Assembly (NCBI GenBank): GCA_003693705.1
Contig: RBZT01000789.1
Location: 1-64,000, forward strand
Origin: Polymyxa betae A26-41
Lineage: Eukaryota; Protista; Endomyxa: Phytomyxea
DNA length: 64,000 nucleotides
Direction: 5' to 3'
Numbering within the stretch: position 1 is the stretch's first letter; the number at the start of each line of letters is the position of its first letter. The position numbers and the translations under genes were made by a program. Of this stretch, positions 12,784 through 26,909 are shown one piece after another. Under the pieces are notes generated by a model. That model made no database searches. It was not told the origin of the DNA and was given only the letters and a program-made list of their open reading frames with translations.

Positions 12784-14152
12784 TCAATATTCAGACCCAG
12801 CTCGTCGATCGACCTCCCTAAAGCAGAAGTTAGTAATAGAATAGAATAAAAACAACAAGCCAGCAGCAGCTTTACCTGTGCATTCAATATCGGCGCCTCC
12901 ATAACAAACGCCATCCTCGCTGTAAAACGCAGCGATTTGTCCAGGCGTAGCGGCTCGATGCAAATCGATCATCTCCACTTCGAACATATTGGAATCGACC
13001 CGGCGTAATCGGCAGCGACCTAACTGCGACCGGTATCGAATCGAGAGCCAACAAAGGAACCCATTCTGGGTATCAACTTCGGCAGGCAGCTCCCCACTCA
13101 CCCAGTTCAGATTCTGGCAGAGAAACGTCTTGCAAAATAAGCTCGGATGCGACCTTCCAGGAACAACAAGAACGTCGTCACCAGACTTTCCGCTGACGAA
13201 GTATGGTTCTGGTAGGCCGCCGATTTTCGCACGCTGCCCAATCGTGTAGAACATCTGACCGTCATGATATCCCAACAAATGACCATTTGGATCGAGAAAC
13301 CGGCCTGGGCGTTCGGACATGAACTGCCTAAGAAAAACAGGGAACTTTCTCTTCCCTACGAAACAAAGACCAGTTGACGATTTCCTCGATGCAGTTGGAA
13401 AGTCGTGTTCAGCTGCAATCGATCGTACTTGGCTTTTGGTTAAGTGCCCAACTGGGAACATGATATCACGAAATGCTGACCCTGGAACCTGAGATGCATA
13501 GAAAGCTTAGCTTGCAGGCTATACGTTTTCGAAAAACTTCAAAAAAGTAAGGCAGACCAGAAACCGATCCATTGAAATGCAAAAAAGCAAGAATTTACCT
13601 GACAAAGGAAATACGTCTGGTCGATAGAAAGATCAGCAGCACGCCTTAAACAGGGGCCTGCGCCTAGCTCAGCGTAATGTCCGGTCGCAGCGAAATCAGC
13701 ACCAAGCTCATCGAGGCAATAACGACGAAACAATGAGAACTTGATATGAACGTTGCATTGGACGTCAGGGTTTGGCGTCTTTCCTTTTTGTAAGCTGCCA
13801 AGAAAGCCGGTGAAGACTGACGTCCAGTATTGGCGATCGAAAGCGACACGGTGGAACGGGATTTGTAGCCGTTGACAGACGTCGGCGGCGATTTCGGCAT
13901 CACGACGCCCTTCACAATGATGATCATCCTCAATATCATGCGACCAGTTCGTCATATGCACCCCGATAACTCGATAACCTTGCTGAAGAAGCAGAGCCTA
14001 CAGATGATTGGACTCGAATGAAGGAAGATGGTGAAGGCAACTACCGCCGCAGCTGAAGAATCGACTCCGCCAGATATGCCAACGGCGACTGTCTTTGCAG
14101 CAGATGAATGCAGACCCCGGGAGAGCATTCTCTTGAATAAGCTGCATGACAT
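12784..14152 (-). CDS. TRMU: Mitochondrial tRNA-specific 2-thiouridylase MnmA/TRMU
   Basis: VAVGISGGVDSS PP-loop, TPNPDVQCNVHIKF, ATGHYA, DQTYFL, SSTGLCFVGKR, YTIGQR, TPGQIAAFY, and a transit-peptide-like N-terminus. Confidence 0.95.
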
Positions 14153-14699
14153 GATGAGGGCGTCTTGATGAATGACCGCAGCGCAGATTCAAATGTAATG
14201 TTACGCCTTTGGATTTCAGTATCTGATGCTCTGCAGGAGGTCGTCTGCAGTGTTGATTGCCTCATACCCTGCTATGACGAAATCGGCAGTTCATCATAAA
14301 TCACAAGACTTTTAACTTCCAATTTTCAACTCGGTTGATTAAGTGAACCGTTGGAGAGCTTCAGGATTGTAACTGAATTGCTAATCGTTGTCAGATTCCA
14401 GATTGATATTGGATTCTCTGTGCCATAGAAGGTCCTCAATGTGAGGTAATGGCTCTTATCAACTTCGTCAATGCGGAAGACTGAGCCTTTTACTAGAATG
14501 TAACTGGTATTTCGTGCATTGAGTCAAGCTTACGAGCAAAAATCTATGCAGACGCAAGCAACCTAAGGTTGCAGCCTTGCAGCTTTCGAACCTGGGGTAC
14601 TTCTGGAGTTAGACCAGGTTTGTAAGGTTGCCAGCTATGTATGCTTTTGTCAATTTAACCAGTGATGAGCACGCCTAGTTCGAAATCACAGGTTCTCAA

Positions 14700-16830
14700 G
14701 TTTCGTCTTGAATAGTGCTCTGGCCTCCAGATCTCTCACAGCAAACAATAGAATAGTGTTGGTGCACGAGCGGAAGCGAAAATGGTATCCGCCGCATTCA
14801 CTCTGGCGACGATCATCAAGGCGCTTTGTGCGTCTATCGGTAACACCTGGCAAACGAGTTCAGATTACTTCCAACGATGGTAACTTGACGACAGAAGACA
14901 GGATACTTATAAATGCGATGCGAATGTTTAAAAATTGAAAATGGTTTGTTACGCTTGGACGGCTGGCTCTGACGAACTTTGGTGCACTGTGCGATAATGA
15001 ATTGACAAAGCAATCTTCGTTTTCCTGAAAGTGGAACTGAAATCGTCAAAATAATTTAAAACTGGACGCAAGCTAGTCTGAAATGCATTTATCAATTATC
15101 ATCGAAAAGGTTTCAGCAGCCGATTATTCGTTCGGTCAAGCAATTCGTTTGAAAGCTAGATTTTAACAACGATGTTGTCTCTGCACCACAATGAGCACGA
15201 GATGGCTCTTGTCAGCTGTATGAGAAACCGACCATTACCAGAACCCTACTGTTGTCTGCCGCATCGATTGCTGCTTTCTAAATCGTTAAGAGAAAAATGC
15301 AAGTGACGGCGGAAATTAATTAACGACTTATCACATGGTGATGTAACATGTTCATAATCGGAAGTAGGTGCTGTAACAGAAAATTGGGCTACGCCACTGC
15401 TTAGTGCTTACAAGAATGCCTGGAGGAGGATCCGAGAAGGGAGACCGAACGACATAAGCCTTATCTATCAGGGTTTCGACTTCAATCGGTAGAGCTTGAA
15501 AAGGGATCACTCTACACGTCACAGAGCCGCCGGGTTCTAGATTGAATCATTTTGCTGGTCGCCATTTAATATCGACACCGATGAGTCCAATCATACCTGA
15601 TGGCGCCTTCGCATCTCGTTATCTAATGGCAACATTAACGAAGGCGTCGCGTTTGAGAGGCTCTTGTAAGCAACATGATCCGTCTCTTGAAATCTTCGCT
15701 TTATCATCTTTGTTAGTGCATGAGTTCCCTCGTCGTCTGCCGAGGTCGCAGCTACGCCCGACCCCGATCCTTCGGCGATCGATGCTTAATCGGCCTCATC
15801 AACGACGATCGTTTTCTTCCGATCATGTTAGGCTCGAGATTCATCAGCATTGTTGTTTATAACATCCGTCTAGCCCAGTTCGCAAACGGTTCCGGAGCGT
15901 GTCGTTGCTTTGCCTTTATCGCATCGTCCTTTATTACCTGGCATGACCATCCAATTGCAGATTCATAGTAATACCGCTTCTGATTGTTCGAGCGAACATC
16001 AATTGAACATTTAAAAGGCTCGCTTCATAATAAGATTAGAACCGACATTCATTTGAACAAACGTCGAATGGTCGGAGCGTTTCTGGCTCAAGCATGTAAT
16101 CTGGACGACCCCGCAACCAACCATTATCAAAATCGTCTTGGGCCTGAAGATCCCAGTTTCGTTAAGGTTAATGGAAGTTGGCGCCGTGTTCCGAATCGCT
16201 TGCCGATGCCTGATCGTATCGACCGATCTTTGGTCGCCTCCCAGTTTGTCGACCTGCCAAGCATAGATGATATCTACCAAGTTCGCTTTTTGAACGAATT
16301 CGCTCCGCATGCTTTGACTTAGGATACAGATTGGCACTCTTTGCAGAATTGTCGAAATGTCACCCGACGAAGGGCTGTTGATTGAATCACTTCGAGCGAT
16401 ATCAGTATGCTCTGTTGCCGATAGGGCACTGCTTACTGTTAATATCGAACCTCGTAATGATATCGTTCCACAAAATGAGGTTTCGGGACTGATTTTAAGA
16501 ATGCGCTGATGATTGATTCGGAGCAGGATGCCAGTCTGGTTACCAAACTGAAGAATGAGGTTGTCGTTCTAGCTCAGCAAATGGCATCTAGCCGCCATAT
16601 GTATGCTCATCACTTACGACTCGTCGCGGAGAGAGCTCGCGCTGCCCCTGATCGCACTGACTTGGGCATGCTGATTAACCAGGTCGCTGGTTTGTGCACA
16701 AAGTTCAATACCTGCATTCAATATCCATCACACTCTGACTTTTGTCTGCAGTCTGAGTCCGGATCAAGAACAACGTTTGGTTGAGGAGCCGGACCCGATA
16801 CGGCGAGCAGTGATATTCTTGAACATTGTC
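14700..16830 (+). CDS. Probable multi-exon hypothetical protein
   Basis: A series of + strand exon-like frames joined by GT-AG introns (e.g. 16020-16280, 16350-16480, 16527-16682 coiled-coil-like DASLVTKLKNEVVVLAQQMASSR). No family recognised and boundaries uncertain. Confidence 0.35.
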
Positions 16831-17012
16831 TCACCACAATCTGCTATTCACAAGCGAGGCAACAACTGAATGTCTGAAATTACATCGACGGAACACTAAT
16901 TTGTCTGACACGATCGTAGTTCTTTTAACCCAGTACAAGCTACAACATTTCCGAATCCACAATGTAAAATTCCCAGTTAAATATATTACGATCGTCTGTA
17001 TTGTGCATAAGT

Positions 17013-18270
17013 TCAGCTACTGTATACTCCTGGAAAGATCTGACTTAGTGTTTCGGCGATATCATGGGCCGAAACGCCGCGTTCCAGCATTTTCTTGCTC
17101 AGCTCGAGTTTGGCTTGAATTTCCGCTTCATTGACCTTCAGCCGCAACCGTTCAATTTCCAGTTCGCGAGCCTTCAAGCTTGATGCATCTTCCTTCATCG
17201 GAATCATAGCCGGAACAGCGGCAGGAATAGGAATCGGGGTTGATGCAGAAGAAACTATCCTCATTTCGTCCAAAGACACTTGTCGGCCTGCCAGTGCCGC
17301 TTGATACTCTGATGATACTTCCTCGCCGACAGCATCATAGTCGTCCTGGCCCATGGGCGGCATGACACTACCCCGTTTACCATTTGAGCTGCGGTCTCGG
17401 CGATCTCTGATTCTTGATTTCTTGGAAGGTGGCTGAGTGCGAGGCGGCGGCGGGACCGGACGTTTTACAGTCGATCTAACCTGAGACGACGCTACCGTCT
17501 TCTCAGCTGCTGCCTTCTGCATCTTGGCCGATGACTTCTTTAAATGGGACAGCTTCCTTGCCCATATATCTTCCAGCTGTGTGGCCGCTTCATAAACATC
17601 CGATTCAGGGTCGTTGAACAGTTTTGCATTGTCCCACACGAGCTGAACATCGCTTTCGAAAGCTTCAAACGATTCATATTGTTCAGCACCGAGCTTCGAG
17701 TGTATAGTGCCCAAATCCATCGGAGTCTTGACGATCTGTGGATATTCGGGAATCTCTAAGACAACCCAATCAACAGGGGATCGAAAAATTTCTCCATGCC
17801 GATTAGCCATTAAGCTTTCAATAACACGTTGGCAGGCCTTAATAGGAACCGGAAATGGAGTTGTTGTTGACGGTTGTGTCTCGTCAGTTTGCAGTGGTGA
17901 TTGAGCAGGAGCCGGTGCCCAGGCTGGATCAACCGTCATTGACTGGGAGGCTACAGGAGCACTCGTTAGGGCAGTCAACCGAGCGAACAGATCAGCACGA
18001 TCAGATTCGACAACGTTGTTGGCGCCCATCTGAGCAATGTAATCGGCCTGTAATTGCTCCAGAAGCGCCTGCGCTTCTGTAGAGTCAACGCCAAGATAAC
18101 GGGCGACCCCCTGGACTAGGCCGCGTTTCGCCTCGCCTGCCAGGAACGCCCTGACGTCGTGATCGTGCTGTTCTAGGTAGTCGATGATCTGGGCGTTATA
18201 GTCTGGCGGCCCCTCAGAGGTGGATGGAGATCCGACTATAGGCTGGGCGGGAGAGGACTCGACCAGCATG
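17013..18270 (-). CDS. Bromodomain-containing protein
   Basis: GEIFRSPVDWVVLEIPEYPQIVKTPMDLGTIHSKL...YESFEAFESDVQLVWDNAKLFNDPES with the acetyl-lysine-binding Asn. Single long ORF (frame open to 18494; first ATG near 18270). Confidence 0.92.
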
Positions 18271-18974
18271 GGGTCGTTGGGTATAGTGATGGGGTCTAAA
18301 GGTGGCCTTTCTATAGTCTGGGCCTGTCTGGCTGTACCGATGAAATGATGGATCACCCAGAGACAACAATCGTCTGATGATGGTCGGATACAGAGTTGGT
18401 CCGAAACGCTCTTCTCTCTATCCGCGGGTCTTACTCTCGTTGATGAAATCATCGAACATTTCTTCGTTTCATTCCAGCAATGGCCCTGCTTCACGTTATG
18501 TACATTGGTAGCCGCCCCGCTAGTTAATCTTTACAATCGACCCGATGCAGCTGTTGATTACAGTGGATTAGGCCTTCTTGCTTCAGATGTGGCTAGATTA
18601 GAAGGCACTTTTTATCTGGGAAACGATTGGATACAATTGGCGAGGCTGTACTCACTGTTAATAACGTCAGAGACTAGTCTAATGCTCTAACCTGAAACCC
18701 TAACAACCCCAGCAACAGCAGTATGGCTCACCGTGATTTCCTAATCACGCTTTTGCTTAGAACAGACTTTTTAGTTTGGAAAGTAAAGGGAGATTCAGCA
18801 AACGAGCGGATTAGGAAGCGTCATTAAGCGACTACTTTTTGTCGATTTCAAAAAGACTACTTGGAAGAAGGAATATTGTGGTAAACTGGTAGTACCAAAA
18901 AGTTTTTACCAAAATGCTTTTTTTCACAATTGGTTTCTATCTGGAAGAGCGGCAGATTTGGAATAAATTACAGA

Positions 18975-20280
18975 TTAAAGAGAACTCCTCGGTGAAAGCT
19001 TATCTTGCTGGAGCATCGGCAATAGAGCCAATAGTGCAGGCAGAGGATACTTCCTGATGATGGCAACGAGGATTATGAAATAGAGAAATGTTGGAACAGG
19101 AATAGGAAGAGCTGCGAGCGTTGCTGATGACTCCAGCTGGCTTAAAGCGTGCCGAGCTCGGTCTCGGAAGACATCAGGAACGAAACGAATAAGGGCTGCC
19201 CTGATTAAAAACGTGGCTGAATTCCAGACATCGGCATCAGCTGGGTCAATGGCATCATCTGCCTCTTCTGTAGTGGAGCAGTCAGGCAATACAACCTACA
19301 TTTACAACTGACATTAGATAGAGCGAAATTTAAATACAAATCATAACTTGGCTTTTGGATAACCTTATCAATAAAAGAAAGACGAGCAAATTCGAATACT
19401 AAAATTTCGGAATCTTTCTGCAAGAGATAACATTTCTTTCAAAGTCGAAACTCATTCACCTTTTGAAGAAGGTCGGGGCGCTCTCGATGAATTCTTATGA
19501 AATCATGTATGGAGGCGGACCCGAAAGCGCCCTGATCAGCAGGAAGGCCCGATTCACGAAGATATGCACCGAACGTGGCGCTGCTCTGAGCCAGGGCCTG
19601 CATCAGTGCCTGGCTGCATATCAGGGCCCTGGTCTGATCGGCATCTTGTGAAATCGACGGCAGTCGAATGCCGAAATGACGCTGCAGCGTCAGCCTAGCT
19701 GCAAGTTCAGCAACAAGATGAGCCACGTATTAATAAATGCTCATACCTGGCGATGAGCTCAAACACCTGCAGCAAATTGTAATCACGCCCAATAAACGAC
19801 TTCAGTTTGGCAAGGAAGGCGGCACGCTCGTCGTCTGTTAGAACTGGTCGTAAAACCTAGACGAAATTGTCAAAGGCCATGATTCAATTGAAGAATAGAA
19901 GGCCAACCAAAGGCGTCCGCGATTGGGTCAGGAAGCGTGCGGTTGGTAGTAGGCGAACTTTGTATGGACCGACATGCAGGGCATGAGTGTCGTCAACAAC
20001 GGCCGCCTGGGGTCATGGGGTCAGTAATGGGGTCATGGTTGAGCTCATACTGGCACCCGACAATGTGATCATATTGATGTTTAGTGAGAGTCCGGGCGAA
20101 CCGGTACAGGGCGCCCGGCGTCGAGACCAGGATCAGGTCGCCCGGGGCCAGCAACGGCAGCAGGGTCTGGTCGGCGCGCTGCTCGTCGGCCGTAAACCCA
20201 TCATGATCGACAGCCAAGCTCTGTGGCGCCACGATTCGGACGACGGCATGGGTGAGGTCGTGCAGGTCCAGGTTCGGCAT
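18975..20280 (-). CDS. Permuted papain-like amidase (NlpC/P60, YiiX/YebB-like) with hydrophobic C-terminus, multi-exon
   Basis: PGDLILVSTPGALYRFARTLTKHQYDHI|AVV (His before Cys), FIGRDYN and RALICSQALMQAL. The C-terminal hydrophobic stretch ends ...PRSSL. Confidence 0.7.
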
Positions 20281-20623
20281 GACCAACGGGGCGAGTACAA
20301 ATCGGCACGGAGTGGCGTACGGCTGCATTGCACTCGTGAGAAAGCGACTTCTGGGCCGGTTTCCGAAGCGTTTCCGTCATGCGTCCCATGAAGGCAGCTA
20401 AGAGATATTGTATTGAAGTTCTTAGTGAGACGACGAAAACATTTCCAAGCCAGCGCTGGTGGACGACGCCCGAACGGCGCCTGTCGGCACGAACTGATAA
20501 GGCGACGGAGAGCAGGGTTTAGGGTTGCTCGTTTTTCGACTGGTCGATTTGAGTCGAAAACGTGGAACGCCAAACAGAGTCTATTCTGCATCCACCAGAG
20601 TAGCTACAAGGTGTATGATACCG

Positions 20624-22548
20624 TCATGAGTGAGTCGAAGTTAGCGAAAAGCCGACAGAATCCGCCCAAGACGTGCCCTGAATTGCGTCGCAAACGAGAT
20701 TTAATGCCGAGGGTAAAATACCGACGTTTTCGGCGATCTTCTGCAGATGGCTTAGGGCTTTGTTATCTGCTGGAAGCAAGTTCCAACGAAGGTCGATGAA
20801 ACTGATCCAAACGCTTGTTGACGGTTCTATAGGGAAATTTACCGAGGTGATGCGATTAGAAGAAAGATCAAGGCGTTGGAAAGGGCGACGAAGTTGCTGA
20901 ATGAGATGAGTTAATAACGGCAACGCTGCGTCACCGAGATTATTATGAGACAGGTTCAGGTCGGTAATCTGAGATGATGCGATTGTATCCATGAACGCGA
21001 CCTGAGGAATGAATCCACAGCCAGATAATGAAAGTCGTTGTAAAGAGCGAAACAAGCGAAGCAATAGCGAATGTAAAATTGGAGAGCAATCGCTACGCAG
21101 GCGATTCTGAGAGAGATCCAGGCTGCAAAGCTTGTTCGGAGTCAGATTTCCTAGTACCTAACCAATTTCAGATTATTACAGAGCAACGAACTTTAACGGA
21201 AACCAGATCACTGCAGATGCAGGAATTACATCAGCTGAATAATCAACATCAACCGTAACATTTTCCAAATTTACAAAATCTGTCATAATGCAGTGCAAAG
21301 AACCTTTAAGTATAAAAGATGTGTAATTCAGGCAGAATGACATGAATAACTTTTCACTAAGTTTGGAGGAGAATAATGTCATCAAATTTGGAAACAAAGA
21401 AGCGAATCCAGGGCAACCAAAACAAATGACAATACCGATTCGATATTGAGCGCAGTGATATCGCACTGATAAAGCGTAAGTTCAGTCAAATCTGGAGGAA
21501 GTCGGAATCTCCAGGCAGGGAGATTGGCCAGACGCAGCCGACGCAGCCGAGTCATAGAAGAAAGCCCATGTAACATTACTTCATGAGTGTCTTCGAAATC
21601 CAGCGAGAGCGATACCAGATTTTGAGGTAAAGTTGCCAAGCAATTCGGTGCAGGATTCAACGTCAACGAATCCAAATGAGCAGCTTTTGACAAAGCATTC
21701 GCAAAATCGATTGGCAACATGAGCTCGATTCCCGATTCGTCCAATGTTAAAGATCGCAGCCGTGGAAGAAATCGATGTTTAAGGTTTGACAGCGAGTGAT
21801 GTCGTAAAGTCGCGTTTGAGATGCGAAGCGATGAAATTTGCTGGGGAATATGATCAATCAAAGTGCAGAAAGCTTTATCGCTCAAAAGACAATCGGACAG
21901 AGATAATTGATGTAGAACAGGCAATGGATTGCACAAGTCGAGGATCTGACAGATACTTTCCAGGTGAACAGCCTTCATCCATCTGACTCGAGAATCAATG
22001 AACAACTTAAAAATTTATCGTAGTGACTTCTAAAACAAATTATAGCGATTTGCGAAAAAGTTAATCAAGCGCAAAGTAGCTTGATCTTACCGAAATTCCA
22101 AGTGGATAAGGTCTTTCAAGCTAGGCAAAAGGCGCTTTGCGGTAGGAAAGCTTGAAAGGTACTGTCCGTGAAGACAAATGTGCAAAACTGGAATAGGCAA
22201 AATCGCCTGAAGTTCAAGTAACTTGGAAGCATTATCTTCAATAATACACGAAGCGGCTAAAGATTCAAAATAAGTGACGGCAGCCGATCTATCAGCAGAA
22301 TCGTCTTTAAGAAATTCGCGCTTCAGGCGTTGACGCCAAATCTCAGAAAGAGATTCGTTATAAAGTGAGATGTGTGCAACATCCAGGGTCCGGATTAGCG
22401 CCCCAATCGGCATTAGAGCCATCACTCCCGGGTCTAATCGAAATGCTAAAGGCAGCTTTTGAATTACAGATTCGACATTCTTGGCAGTACAGCACAACGA
22501 CAGCAATGACGGTACCCTTTGCTGTCGTTTCTGTTGCAAGCAGGCCAT
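20624..22548 (-). CDS. Leucine-rich repeat protein (RI-like), multi-exon
   Basis: LxxLxLxxN/C repeats: LHQLSLSDCLL, LRSLTLDES, LQRLSLSGCG, ITDLNLSHNNLGD, FQRLDLSSNRI. Confidence 0.85.
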
Positions 22549-22761
22549 GTGGATCCTCGACGACCATCAATGCGAGAAATTGCGCTGGATGATTGATGAA
22601 TCCTCAAAAAAGATCAGCTGACAATATTGAGAAATGTGCTGAAAAATACCGTAAAAAATGTTTTCACGAAAGAGAATTTTTATAAAATGCGCGCGGCCCA
22701 CCTTTCAATAGGCTTGCATCTAGCGTCTGGTTGACAGTTCATTTCGTTTCCATTCGCACTC

Positions 22762-24528
22762 ATGAGCGATCCGGAATCATCCGATCGTCGTGGGACGCGT
22801 CGGCAGCGATCCCGTTCTCGTTCCCGCTCGCCTCGGCGCCACAGCGAGGACCACCATCATGATATTCTGGTCGTGAAGGGCTTGCCGAAAACTGCTACCG
22901 AATCCATGATCAAGCGAGCATTCTCCGATTATGGAGATGTTAAGCGAATCAGCATCATCACTGATGAGGTTCAGGATGTTGACTATTATCATATATCTGC
23001 AGTCTTTCTTATCTCGGTTAGGTTACTAAGCAAAGTATCGGCGTCGCTTATGTGAAATTCTGGTCCGGCCGCGACGCCGCTTCAGCCTATGACGCCTGCA
23101 ACGACGAATATAGTCATGTCTATGTCGATTCTCATAAGATATCGTCGACATGGGCCAAAAAGGACTCGTCATCATCTTCCTCTCACTACCGCTCGTCGCC
23201 CTCCATCTCGATGAGTGAGATTCAGCAGCAAATTGATTGGGCCACCGCAAACGCTCAGAAATCCCACCACGCTAATGCACAGGGCCTGAACGGATTCGTT
23301 CTGGACCCTTCATCTGGTTACTATTATCATGCCCAATCGCAAGTCTATTACGACCCGAAATCGCAACTGTTCTACAATTGCTCAACCCAAGCGTACTATC
23401 GCTGGGATTCTAAAACCAACTCTTACGTTGCCGCTGACGTCTCGTCGTGCAATCAGAATTCATCTGTTACAACCGCCAATCCGACTGATGCCTCCGTTGT
23501 CTTGACTGGGGCGCCTACAAGCACACAGCCCGCAGCTGCTTCGTCGATCTCGCCAAATGCATCTTTACAGCCTACACAATCGGCAACGGCCCCGGCACAA
23601 TCTACTCCATCAGTCAAGCCTTCCAGCGGCTCTGTGAAGTTCTCCATTCTGGGCAAGAAGCAGTCTAAAGATATGGATCGATGGAATCGAAAGAAGGTCG
23701 AACTAGCCGAAGAAGAATCGAAAGCAGAAGAAGCGAAAGCAGTGACGACCAAGCCTAAATCTACCAATGCAGCAGTGATTGATTCCAACAATCATCAAGG
23801 CGGCATTCGTCCTCGTCTGTATGTATCATATGACAAGCTCGCATGCCTGCTCTGTCAGCGAAAGTTTAAGGATGAACGTCACCTGTCAAGGCATGAGTTG
23901 AGCTCTGAGCTGCATAAGCAAAACCTCAGCTTGGACGAATACGAACAAGTTCAAAGGCTTGAGAAGAGCGCCGCGTCGCTGGGCATCGAACTACAAGCCA
24001 AGACCGGTGGTCCGCCTCCTGCTAAAAAGAAACATTCGCAAGCTCCTAAACGGTCGGGTTTTCTTTCAAATGGCATTGCATTATGTAACCTGAGTTACAC
24101 AGTCCAAATGTGGCGGTGCCGCTGCCAGCCGCTGCTCCTGTTGCTGAGCCAGAACCTGAGCCTTTTAACGAGTCGAATATCGGAAATCGACTTTTGCAAT
24201 CAATGGGGTGGAAACAGGGTGAAGGCCTAGGCAAGGACGGGACCGGTATTACTGAGAACGTGACGGTATTGTTTCGCGATTTTTACCGGCGTCAATCGGC
24301 GGCTGTTGTTGCATAGCCAGTTTGCTAAGTGGGCGATTTCTTCGCCGTCTTCAGGCTCAAATTCGGACCGAACGCGCTGGGCTGGGGTGTAATCCGACTC
24401 CGACGTCTTTCGAAATCGTCGCCGGCGACAACCAGAAAGTGATCGCTGCCAAAATCGCTAGGGCTCGCTATGAATCTGCTTCGGCTTCTGCTCTGGTGTC
24501 CCAAAGCCGGTACAATCTGCAAGTTTGA
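22762..24528 (+). CDS. RBM5/RBM10/SUA-like RNA-binding protein (RS region, RRM, OCRE, C2H2 zinc finger, G-patch)
   Basis: RSRSRSRSP, RRM (LVVKGLP...GVAYVKF), OCRE (GYYYHAQSQVYYDPKSQLFYN), CLLCQRKF...HELSSELH and G-patch NIGNRLLQSMGWKQGEGLGKDGTG. Confidence 0.9.
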
Positions 24529-25061
24529 TAATTGAGTTACCACGATCTCATTTTGTTCAGGCGGTAAAACGTTGTCTATCGGGCGTCAATTCGTCAGCCA
24601 TGTACGGTTTCTTTAGATTGTGATCCAGCTCGGATCATGAAGCTAAATTGTTCACGTCCTTCCATCTGCGTTTTCGTTGATTCGGTTTTACTTGCGCAGG
24701 TCATTGCATCATCAATTCCGCTTTCTGCAGTTCTCTCTCTATTGCGATCCAGGCGCAGTTGATGTCGCATTGTGGTTCCGATCGATATGCGATAGTTAAT
24801 ATTTATTGTAAACGTGTATAAAATTTATCTGGTTCCATTCTGGATTGATGATATGAAATGCCATATCGAATTCTATAGTGAAGGGACAGATCTACCCTGA
24901 GCAGAATGTGGTATAAGAATCGTTGGAATTGTGCTTAAAAGAATACATTGACAGAAAATTGAACGATATTAACTAGAACCGAAAAGCATGCAATTAGATA
25001 TTCACAATTGTATTAAACAGGATGGAGGTAACCAAGGTGTGAAACACTAAAAAGCAATATC

Positions 25062-26314
25062 ATAATCTATAAATGTAGTACCACAGTCCATTGCGATCCT
25101 TGCTTAAGATATTATCACAGCTGTTATAGCGCGAATGGGAAATGAAACCCCGGCTTGAATGGAACGCCATCGCCCTGAATCTGACAGATCAGCAATCCTA
25201 CCAACTACATATTACCACCATCCCGAACCTGTTCAATTATCCCTTGGTGGAGATTCTCTCCATTCGAGTTGATGGTGGGTAACGCGCACCCAGCATTCGA
25301 GATCTCGGCCTTCTGCCGCTTCGTATCAAGTATCCTCAGCTGTAGCCATAATGTCAACGATCAGTATAGACCAGCAATACTGCTTACATCTAGTTCCGAT
25401 CCCCGACGCTTGCCACCCGAAGTCAGCGGGAACTCGTCGTAATTCCAGGAATCGAGAATGCCTTCGTCCATCATCCGCTATAATACTGAATTAGCGAACC
25501 AGAGGAACGACATCGTCTATGGCATACCTCGACGACATTCCTGCCGAGATCGTAACAGTTGGCGTCGGCGTTCGAGGGCATCATGAAGGCTGCCTCGTCA
25601 ATCTCAAACGGCATGTAGTTATAGGCGTCATAGAACATGACATCATCGTTATTGTTCGGCATCATATTCATGTCCGGCCTGCTCGTTGAAGGCACGCCGT
25701 TGTCGCCTAAGCTGATGGCTTTCAGTTCGGGTATGACCTCCATATTCAGGTCGGGAAGGGCAGGTTTCGACAGCGGGGCGGGTACGGCGGCAATGGGAGG
25801 CGGGACGGCCGCGCTGTAATCAACGCATTGGAGAATGCTGCAGTCGGGCTCGGCGTAGAAATTGTTGATGTTGTACATCTCGTCGTCGACGATCCCGAAG
25901 GCCATCGACGTGCCTGTGTCATCCTCGCAGGTGACATCGGAGGCGATGCACGACTCGGCGTCCATGCTCCTGTCCCAGGCAGCGATTTTTTTCTTGGGCG
26001 AAAATACCGAAGATGGTGAGCCGACGCTGCCGATAGACTCGGTTGGCGATTGCGGCTGCGGAGCCATCTACACAGACAACGATTCAGAAAGCGACGAAAA
26101 CACGAAATCCGTTCGGACGTACCTGGAGCTCCGTATTGGGTTGGGGCGAGTACGTTGGCATTGGATACTGATACTGGCCCGGCCATAGGAACTGGGCGTG
26201 GGCGGCGGCCTCGGTCGGGAACGGATATAGGTCCGGGGCGCAGAGCGGGTTGATGTTTAGGTTGGCGGCTCGGGCGCCAGATAGGATAGCGGCCAAGACA
26301 ATGCCGAAGGCCAT
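25062..26314 (-). CDS. Putative secreted acidic, low-complexity protein (about 5 exons), candidate effector
   Basis: ATG 26314 gives MAFGIVLAAILSGARA (signal-peptide-like). Exons join in frame through GT-AG introns to ...DRNGLWYYIYRL*. Basic clusters SPKKKI, GKRRG and TKRQK. Confidence 0.55.
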
Positions 26315-26909
26315 TAGTAGCAGGTGTGAGATCGTCCTGGCTGGGTTTGGATTGACAGATTTGGGGATTGCGCAGGGCTTTGGATGACGGAGACCTGATC
26401 GATCACGGCAATCGGAAGGGCCGCGCCGTCCTGTCAGTAATGACCTTTCGGGCGCAGCCCGGCCCGGATCTACTGCAATCAGTGCAATGTGAAAAAAAGA
26501 ATTTGTCGCGGCCTCCTCCATTTTGCAGCAATCAGGATCTCTTAATGACCTCTAACATTGTTAGGCTCCCGATACAGAATTTCTTTCACCAAGCAGCTTT
26601 GTTCTACGGAAACGTCTCTTCAGTTGCATTAGGTCGATGAAGACGTGCTTAGAAACATTCGAGCAAACGGCAGAGGTTAGATTGATATCGATACCGAGCT
26701 GTGGTTGTTCTGATCAAATTCGCATTCAGCTTCTTATCTCTGAACAATTCCTCTTCAGGACAAAGATTTCTAGCTCAGATTGGCAGCCATTGTAACCATC
26801 AATCGCTCTCCGATCACGCCGTTGGTTGCCGTATTCGAGCGTTTCGATTGCCGTTCGCCGACATCGTGACCGAACCCCCGTCGTCCGAACATGACGGATT
26901 CATTCGATC

